The notes beneath the pieces were generated by a model that was not told the DNA's origin, made no database searches, and worked only from the letters and a program-made list of their open reading frames with translations. 64,000 bases of DNA, taken from an uncultured virus (IMG/VR IMGVR_UViG_3300036958_000084). Its lineage: Duplodnaviria; Heunggongvirae; Uroviricota; Caudoviricetes. Location of the stretch: the IMG/VR virus record IMGVR_UViG_3300036958_000084. One strand, written 5' to 3'. The position numbers and the translations under genes were made by a program. Below, piece by piece: positions 57,426 to 64,000 of the stretch; the stretch's first letter is position 1; each line of letters starts with the position of its first letter.

Positions 57426-59468
57426 ATGGTAATTCAGAAGAAACCAGAATTAGCTGCTATCAAGCAGCGCACAAGCCTGATGTGGTCGAGGGAAGCTTTG
57501 CAGGAATGTAAGCATGATAACTTTATCGAATGCTCTGCAGAGTACTGCCTTGAACACATTAGGCCATCTTTAATTGAGGGTCTTCCGGGTGTTTGGATCT
57601 GCTTCGATACTGAGACAGAGCCTACCGGAGTGCCAGCAAACCAGATGCCATCTACTGTACAGCGTAGATGGATACAGCGTGGATCAAAGTACATACCCAA
57701 TGACTTTCCATTCTGTTTCAGTATCTGTGACGGTACTACAAGTTATGTCATCTATGACTCTTGGAAGACAGGTCTTAAGGAGCTCAAGAAGTTGAAGCCG
57801 TTACTTGAAGACCCAAATATTAATAAGACCCTGCACAATGCCAAGTATGATATGCACATGGCTAAGAATGCAGGTATTGATATTAAGGGTCAGATTTTCG
57901 ACTCTCTGCCAGCGTCTAAGATATGTAGAGCTTGGGCGCTAACGCACTCATTGCTTGACAATGCTAAGGAAATCCCGGAAGGTGTTGTTGAATTTGAATT
58001 TATGGTAGATAGCTACAAACAGCAGTACCGTATCACTAACTACGCCATGATTGATAGAGACCTTATGACTCAGTATACAGGCGCTGATACATGGAATGGT
58101 TTCTATGTTGCAAAACGGCTTGTAAGAATAGCGCGAGAGCATGAGGCTGATGGCTGGTTTAAGCTTTGCTTGCTTGAGAACGAGATTATCAAGATAACAT
58201 TCTTTGCTGAACGTGAAGGTATTTTGATAGACGCAAACTACGAAGAGCCACTCATGGAAGCACTAAGAGTACAGGCTGATGAAGCTGAGAAGAAGGTATA
58301 TGAGACTGCTGGTTGTTTCTTCAACATGAATAGCGGACAGCAGCTTGAACAGATACTTGTGAAGCTTGGCTATGGTAGCCTCATTAAATATGGCAAGCCT
58401 ACGGCAGCGATGGCAGCCAAAGGAATTACTCAAGGCAATCCACGCTTCAGGAAAGAAGACAAGGAACGCATGATTAATGAGGGCTGCAAAATCCTGGAGG
58501 ATATTCAGAGCTACCAGAAGGCCGAGAAGCTAAAGAACAGCTTTGCTGAAAAGCTCTACACGATGAAAGATGCTAAGGACCGTGTCCACTGCAGCTTCAA
58601 TACCATAGAGGCTAAGACTGGTAGATTTTCAATATCTATGCCATCATTCCAAAACATGCCAAGGCGTGGTGAGAGTAGAATTCGTAAGGCATTCATAGCC
58701 CCGAAGGGATACACAATCTACGAGCTTGACTACTCATCACAGGAGTCAAGGATAATGGTTCATTATTCACAGAGTGAGTACTTAATCGAGGCACTGCATG
58801 AAGGTAAAGACATCCACAAGATATTTGCGAGCATGATATTTGACGTACCATACGAAGAGGTTACTAAGGACCAGAGACAAATAGCTAAGTCAGTTGAGTT
58901 TGCTATTGTGTATGGCGCTGGAGCATCTAAGGTTGCATCAATGTCTGGTATAGCTGAGTATGAAGCTAAGCAGGTAATGGCTGATGTTAAGCGTAGAATG
59001 CCTGAGATTGATGTATTTATCAGGACCGCAAACTCGGTTGCGAAGGAACGTGGCTGGGTTAAGACCATTATGGGGCGTCAAGTATACACAGAAAAGGACC
59101 GTGAGTATGCATGTGTTAACTACATAGTTCAAGGGTCTGCTGCTGACTGTACTAAGAATGCACTGATACGTATAAATAGATACCTACGTGCAAACAACTA
59201 TAAGACTAAGTTTGTGCTTCAGGTACACGACTCATGTATGTTCTACATAGCTGATGATGAAGCTGACACAGTAGTTCCTAAGCTGCTTTATCTCATGGCA
59301 GAGCGTGATCTGTTCAGAGTACCTATCACAGCTGACTGTGGTATGTCTACTGATGGTACATGGGCAGGAAAAGAAGATAAGGATGTAAAGCCTGAACCTC
59401 CAACACCGGAAGAGCAGGCAAAGATGGATGCATATAATATATGGGAGGACTGTTATATAAATGAATAA
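57426..59468 (+). CDS. polA: family A DNA polymerase with 3'-5' exonuclease
   Basis: FDTET, HNAKYD, YTGAD; TGRFS..P.FQNMP, DYSSQE.R, K...F..VYG, QGSAAD, QVHD. Confidence 0.93.
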   Translation: MVIQKKPELAAIKQRTSLMWSREALQECKHDNFIECSAEYCLEHIRPSLIEGLPGVWICFDTETEPTGVPANQMPSTVQRRWIQRGSKYIPNDFPFCFSICDGTTSYVIYDSWKTGLKELKKLKPLLEDPNINKTLHNAKYDMHMAKNAGIDIKGQIFDSLPASKICRAWALTHSLLDNAKEIPEGVVEFEFMVDSYKQQYRITNYAMIDRDLMTQYTGADTWNGFYVAKRLVRIAREHEADGWFKLCLLENEIIKITFFAEREGILIDANYEEPLMEALRVQADEAEKKVYETAGCFFNMNSGQQLEQILVKLGYGSLIKYGKPTAAMAAKGITQGNPRFRKEDKERMINEGCKILEDIQSYQKAEKLKNSFAEKLYTMKDAKDRVHCSFNTIEAKTGRFSISMPSFQNMPRRGESRIRKAFIAPKGYTIYELDYSSQESRIMVHYSQSEYLIEALHEGKDIHKIFASMIFDVPYEEVTKDQRQIAKSVEFAIVYGAGASKVASMSGIAEYEAKQVMADVKRRMPEIDVFIRTANSVAKERGWVKTIMGRQVYTEKDREYACVNYIVQGSAADCTKNALIRINRYLRANNYKTKFVLQVHDSCMFYIADDEADTVVPKLLYLMAERDLFRVPITADCGMSTDGTWAGKEDKDVKPEPPTPEEQAKMDAYNIWEDCYINE

Positions 59469-59676
59469 GCAGAATAAGCATACTCCGGCGGCAGATGGGT
59501 TCTTCTTCACATGTGACCCTTCAAAGAACACAGAATGCTCAAAGGAAAGCTGTCATTTAAATGGTGGGCCATGCAAGTTAACCAAGTACATGGCATATGC
59601 AAAGGACCCTTCTAAGGTACTGTTCATTACACCTACTGATGGCAAAGAGCTTGAAGTAAAGGGTGCTAAAAAATGA
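59461..59676 (+). CDS. small Cys-rich protein
   Basis: CDPSKNTECSKESC....GPC..T. Confidence 0.7.
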   Translation: MNKQNKHTPAADGFFFTCDPSKNTECSKESCHLNGGPCKLTKYMAYAKDPSKVLFITPTDGKELEVKGAKK

Positions 59677-59760
59677 ATGGTAAACACTCTGACAGGCTTA
59701 TAAGCGCAAGCAAAATACTACAGTTATTACGCAGCTGAGAAAGATGAGGAGGAATAAACA

Positions 59761-60267
59761 ATGAGCATGAACCCAACTAAAGCCTACCTACTACTGTCAG
59801 CTACAAGTGCATGTAAAGCAGCATACAAGGCACTATATGACGCCTACAGAACTTGCGATGATGCTGACTTTAGTAAGAACTACCCACTGAGTCCAGTAGA
59901 TATTTTTGACTCAAACACTTACAATGCAATAAATGGCTGGCTCAATACTTGCATTACAGACTTGGTTGCACAGCTACCAGACCGTATACCTAATCCTGCA
60001 TGCATCAACTGTGCTAGGGAATGCAAGCATGCACCTGCAATACGCTTTGATGGTAAGTGTGTGAATGCTGATAAACGTGATATTCATGGACCTTGTGGCA
60101 ACTACCCAGTAATTACATTTGACGAGAATGTAATTCGTGCATATCTACAGTACCAGAACATTGATCCGAAAGCTAAAGCATACATTGCTGATGCAAAAAC
60201 TGACATTGAAGTGCGTCTGATCTATAACAACTTCTTGTCAGACTTAGGACTGAATGCGAGGTGGTAA
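59761..60267 (+). CDS. hypothetical protein
   Basis: GAGGAGG SD; CINC..C. Confidence 0.75.
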   Translation: MSMNPTKAYLLLSATSACKAAYKALYDAYRTCDDADFSKNYPLSPVDIFDSNTYNAINGWLNTCITDLVAQLPDRIPNPACINCARECKHAPAIRFDGKCVNADKRDIHGPCGNYPVITFDENVIRAYLQYQNIDPKAKAYIADAKTDIEVRLIYNNFLSDLGLNARW

Positions 60268-60272
60268 CACCC

Positions 60273-60995
60273 ATGGATAGTAAGAATTGGTGGAAAGTAT
60301 CTGCCAGTATTATACTTATGCTAATAGCTTGCATAGCATGTGGCATAACAATACTGGCTAATAAAACTACAAAGGAGAATGCAGCATGCCAAACAACAAT
60401 GCCCTCGCAATGTACAACATCTGTAGGCAGTGCCCTCACTCAGGAGAGTGTGACGACTGGGAGCAAGCCCGCTGGGACAACGAGTGCCCACTCAACAACC
60501 ACAACGTCAACCACAACAACAACGACAACGACAACGAGCACGACAACTACTATGGTGGAGACTGTTTTGACGACGGAGCCACCACAGGAAATGACGGAGA
60601 CGGAGATTGTACAGACTGAGTACCAAGAGCCTGTAGCATATGGTAGCTACAATGACTACATAACAGACTATGAGTATGTTCTACTGTGTAATCTGGTGGC
60701 TAATGAATATGGCTCTGATACGCATGGCTACGGAGGCCCACCGGTTACGCCGTACGAGCGTGCATGCGTAGTATCTGTGGTAATGAATAGAGTCAGTGAT
60801 GCAGGCTATCCTAATACCATTGAGGGTGTTGTGACACAGCCTTGTCAGTTCACAGGATATTATGCATGCCCTTACTACTGGGACACCGTAACACAGAATG
60901 TACGTGATGGAGTAGATTACTATTTTGCACACCAAGACGAATTTCCATATTACTTATCGTTCTATGGTGACGGAGCCTATAATCACTTTTCATAG
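60273..60995 (+). CDS. membrane-anchored SleB/CwlJ-type (Hydrolase_2) cell wall hydrolase
   Basis: N-terminal TM, Thr-rich linker, LLCNLVANE, V..VVMNRV...YPNTIEGVVTQ..QF. Confidence 0.88.
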   Translation: MDSKNWWKVSASIILMLIACIACGITILANKTTKENAACQTTMPSQCTTSVGSALTQESVTTGSKPAGTTSAHSTTTTSTTTTTTTTTSTTTTMVETVLTTEPPQEMTETEIVQTEYQEPVAYGSYNDYITDYEYVLLCNLVANEYGSDTHGYGGPPVTPYERACVVSVVMNRVSDAGYPNTIEGVVTQPCQFTGYYACPYYWDTVTQNVRDGVDYYFAHQDEFPYYLSFYGDGAYNHFS

Positions 60996-61004
60996 GAGGC
61001 TACT

Positions 61005-61256
61005 ATGTATGGCGAAAGACGAAAAAGTCCGCCTACACCCTGTGAGCATTGTGGTCATCCAATAGATAGGACCAGCGATGTTTGCAGAAAGTGTGCTAAG
61101 AGCGGCAAGTACAAGCTCTATGAAGCTTTGCGTAATGCAGTTTATATCAAAAACAAACGGGACAAAGAGATTGCTGAGATTGCATATGCTGAGCGAACGA
61201 AAGCCTACAAAGAATATATCAAAGACAAGAAGGGAGGCAGTCATGGCAGTAAGTGA
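61005..61256 (+). CDS. small zinc-finger protein
   Basis: CEHCG...CRKC. Confidence 0.7.
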   Translation: MYGERRKSPPTPCEHCGHPIDRTSDVCRKCAKSGKYKLYEALRNAVYIKNKRDKEIAEIAYAERTKAYKEYIKDKKGGSHGSK

Positions 61257-61590
61257 AGACGTAATGATGGCCGTATGTACACTGTACCCATATCCTGGTT
61301 GGCGCCGCAAGGTGGAAATGATGCCTGAGCATCAGATTTATGGTATCTACTACGATAGAATAGTACATGCTAGAGCATACTACCGTGAGAAGGAAAAGCG
61401 TAATGTCTTGAAGCTACTGAAGTTATCACAGCAGTCCAAGGTCAATGACATCTGGAAGGACAAAGACCCATCTACTGAGTATGTCTGCTTCATATGCGGC
61501 GGAACCTTTACGCGCGACAACCCTGACTTAAAAGAGTGTGAGCTGTGCGGCAGCTCTGAAATATCTAAATTGGAGGATTTAAAAATATGA
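61243..61590 (+). CDS. hypothetical zinc-ribbon protein
   Basis: GGGAGG SD; CFICG...CELCG. Confidence 0.7.
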   Translation: MAVSEDVMMAVCTLYPYPGWRRKVEMMPEHQIYGIYYDRIVHARAYYREKEKRNVLKLLKLSQQSKVNDIWKDKDPSTEYVCFICGGTFTRDNPDLKECELCGSSEISKLEDLKI

Positions 61591-62606
61591 TAGACCTAAC
61601 TAAATTATCTGATGGAACAACCTTTGAGGAGCTACTGATGATCAGTGACGCTCAGATACTTAAGACAAAGACTAACAAGCCCTATTTAGCTTGTAGCTTT
61701 GGTAACAAGTATGGTAAACTACCAGCACGTCTGTGGACAGTAATTCCTGGTGCTGGAGCCCCGGCAACTGGTAACATCTTCAAAGTAACCGGAACCATTA
61801 CAACCTTTGCAGACCAGAAGCAGATCAACATAGGAAGTATGCTTCCGTATGATGGAGAAATACCGCTGGATGACTTTATCGTGTCTGTTCCTGACCGCAT
61901 AAGTGATGACTGCTTTAATGATGTTATTCAGGATGTAATAGACCTTACAGTCAAGTACCACTCAGAGCATCTACAGGCTTTAGTAATGTACATAATGTCA
62001 AAGTACAAGAAGCAGTTCCATGAGACTACTGCAGCACGTGGTGTTCATCATGCCGGCGTTGGCGGTCTCATGAAACACACATACGAAGTAGTACAGTATG
62101 CACAGGCTATCTTAGGTATTTTGCCTGAGAGAACAGCACAGCTGGTCCGCGGGGACCTGGTGGTTATCGGTGCTCTACTCCATGATATAGGAAAGTGCAC
62201 AGCTTATACCTTTATAAATGGTATACCTGATATGTCTGAGGTAGGTAAGCTTAATGAGCACATTATCGAGGGCATCAAGATACTACATGACGCATTCTTA
62301 GTTGTGAATGCAGACTATGCTGAGAGTGGCGATGCTGATGCCCAGTACATGCTCTACAGAGATGTCCAGATGCTTGAGCACATTATTGCTTCACACCACG
62401 GTGAGCTGGAGTATGGTTCTCCTGTAACACCGGTGACAATAGAGGCTTTGATAGTAGCTCATGCAGACCTACTGAGTGCTGACCTGGATTGTGTCACAAC
62501 TGCAGCGTGCACAGCACAGGAGATGCATCAGACATGGACCGATAAGATATACACACAGCATAATAGGCAGTTCTACATCATACCTAAGTGGCCGTCAAGG
62601 GGGTAA
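61587..62606 (+). CDS. yhaM: OB-fold + HD domain 3'-5' exoribonuclease (YhaM/Cbf1 family)
   Basis: KPYL, HHA..GGL..HT, LLHDIGK, SHHGELEYGSP.TP. Confidence 0.88.
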   Translation: MIDLTKLSDGTTFEELLMISDAQILKTKTNKPYLACSFGNKYGKLPARLWTVIPGAGAPATGNIFKVTGTITTFADQKQINIGSMLPYDGEIPLDDFIVSVPDRISDDCFNDVIQDVIDLTVKYHSEHLQALVMYIMSKYKKQFHETTAARGVHHAGVGGLMKHTYEVVQYAQAILGILPERTAQLVRGDLVVIGALLHDIGKCTAYTFINGIPDMSEVGKLNEHIIEGIKILHDAFLVVNADYAESGDADAQYMLYRDVQMLEHIIASHHGELEYGSPVTPVTIEALIVAHADLLSADLDCVTTAACTAQEMHQTWTDKIYTQHNRQFYIIPKWPSRG

Positions 62607-62610
62607 TACA

Positions 62611-63279
62611 ATGTTCGAGACTAAAATGTGCAACCAGTGTATGCGGACCAAAGCTACTAGTCAGTTCAAAACCTATCCTACACAGGGTGGCTTGAAGTAT
62701 CGTAGCATTTGTCATCAGTGTGAGTATGACAATCACAGGTTCAATACACTGCATAAGCAAGTAATTAACAAGACTATATCAGACGATGACTATGAGAACT
62801 ACAGACTCATACTTACTTTGTTTGATACATACTCGGAGCTTGGTGGTCACATCAGCTCCGGGGCATACAATGAGCTTCGTGGTAAGACCTTTAAGGAGCG
62901 TACGTTAGAAGAACAGCTGGCATCTGCACAGCAGGCATTAGCTGAGAAGCGTAATGCTTCTGAATATGCTAATAAAATCTACTGTGAGCCGTCACATTCA
63001 GTTGAGCTAATTGATGCTGGGTTCCCTGAACAGTTCATAAATCTTCTATCACAGAAGATGAGCGACTGGTGCGAGCTGCACTACAAGCCTTCATTCCTCA
63101 GACAGATACACAAAGATTATAAAGCTGAGCATGCAGTTCCTGGTGAGTGCTTCGATACTGACTGGGCTAAAGAGCTTGAGACATTTGCTACGAAGATCTG
63201 GGACTACGAAGAGTATTTGTCTGAGACTTACGGGGACCAACTGCCTGATTGGCTAGATGGGGAGGAGCTACTGGTATGA
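62611..63279 (+). CDS. hypothetical protein with N-terminal zinc finger
   Basis: CNQC..TK...F...CHQC. Confidence 0.75.
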   Translation: MFETKMCNQCMRTKATSQFKTYPTQGGLKYRSICHQCEYDNHRFNTLHKQVINKTISDDDYENYRLILTLFDTYSELGGHISSGAYNELRGKTFKERTLEEQLASAQQALAEKRNASEYANKIYCEPSHSVELIDAGFPEQFINLLSQKMSDWCELHYKPSFLRQIHKDYKAEHAVPGECFDTDWAKELETFATKIWDYEEYLSETYGDQLPDWLDGEELLV

Positions 63280-63446
63280 ACCCGCATGTTATTATGACAA
63301 TCTACGAGTTTCACGAAGCACTTGATGATAGCAATAATTGGTTCACTGTGCTAAGGGTGGCAGCACCTGTGCTAGATAGGCTAACTACTACAGATTATGA
63401 GGATATGAGTAGGCATGGAATAATCCTTTGGAAAGTTAATGTTTAG
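63276..63446 (+). CDS. hypothetical protein
   Basis: GAGGAG SD; ATGA overlap with the previous gene. Confidence 0.6.
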   Translation: MNPHVIMTIYEFHEALDDSNNWFTVLRVAAPVLDRLTTTDYEDMSRHGIILWKVNV

Positions 63447-63449
63447 GAG

Positions 63450-63701
63450 GTGATATGCTTGGAAGATATAGAGACTAGACAGTGTATTTGCTGTGGGCAA
63501 ATTAAAGCAATAACTAGCTTTGAAAAGACAAATCATGGTAAAAGTCGTAGCACACGTTGTAACGTATGCAAAAAGCATAAGCATAGAATAAATCGTCTTT
63601 CAAAAATACCTGTAGACGAACGTACCAAGACGCAGCAAAGGCAGTTGAGGGTGTCAGAAGTATACATGTACAAGTGCAATCTAGTCACTGGATACTTATA
63701 A
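63450..63701 (+). CDS. zinc-finger protein
   Basis: CICCGQIK...F...CNVC; exact start uncertain. Confidence 0.65.
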   Translation: MICLEDIETRQCICCGQIKAITSFEKTNHGKSRSTRCNVCKKHKHRINRLSKIPVDERTKTQQRQLRVSEVYMYKCNLVTGYL

Positions 63702-63707
63702 TCAAAT

Positions 63708-63742
63708 TGGGTGGTACAGCAATTGTGCCACCCTCCTTTATT
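63708..63742 (+). terminator. hairpin/terminator at the end of the operon
   Basis: gggtggtaca-gcaat-tgtgccaccc then tccttt. Confidence 0.55.
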
Positions 63743-64000
63743 ATATAAATATAAAGGTGAAAATAGGCTGTAATACTCATTTTAAAGACCCGTGACGATT
63801 TTATAATTAATTTATGGGCCCTATATAATATAATTACCCTTTAAAAATAATAGGCCCATAAAACGCGATTTGGATTTTGTTTCATTATTTAACTTATTAA
63901 CAATAAATTAACGAATTGGATGATTTTGTACAAGGCAGAATTGAATATTATGCACGTATATTATAGTAGAGTTAAAAGACTCAAATATCTACTGAAGAGG

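Noticed and set aside
60490..60552. ACN trinucleotide repeat as a separate element
   Set aside because: It simply encodes the Thr-rich linker of the cell wall hydrolase.
1..64000. Genome-wide stop codon reassignment
   Set aside because: Genes are intact in the standard code, all three stops end genes, and the tRNA anticodon TAG reads CUA rather than acting as a suppressor.
1..64000. Prophage/lysogeny module
   Set aside because: No integrase, repressor or flanking host genes are recognisable, though they could lie outside the window.

Overview
The window is most of the genome of a long-tailed (siphovirus-type) dsDNA phage. The host is probably a spore-forming Bacillota member, judging from AGGAGG Shine-Dalgarno sites, TG-extended -10 boxes and SleB-like and SpoIIID-like genes. 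No integrase, repressor, reverse transcriptase or CRISPR array is visible. Layout: (1) 1-7400, small early/accessory genes, mostly leftward, with a 4-unit promoter array and short repeats; (2) 7700-41340, packaging, head, tail and lysis genes, including a GT2 glycosyltransferase in the packaging operon, a split prohead protease, a -1 frameshifted tail chaperone, a 3721-aa tape measure protein and large solenoid-like tail-tip proteins; (3) 41338-41746, an AT-rich segment flanked by 49-bp inverted repeats (candidate origin); (4) tRNA-Leu(TAG) followed by a 169-nt tRNA-like RNA; (5) 42747-63700, replication and nucleotide metabolism: SNF2 helicase, VRR-NUC, sigma factor, ATP-dependent ligase, RNase H, TOPRIM primase fused to an MCM-type helicase, YqaJ exonuclease, dUTPase, ThyX, dNMP kinase, dCMP deaminase, PolA, SleB-like hydrolase and YhaM. 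The strongest novelty candidates are the primase-MCM fusion with an inverted-repeat origin of archaeal-like geometry, the tRNA-like ncRNA, the giant tape measure protein, a set of sporulation-like genes and a cryptic post-stop extension ending in an SSB-tail-like motif. All calls come from reading motifs by eye; no searches were run. Many start codons were moved from the ORF track to the ATG that follows a Shine-Dalgarno site.
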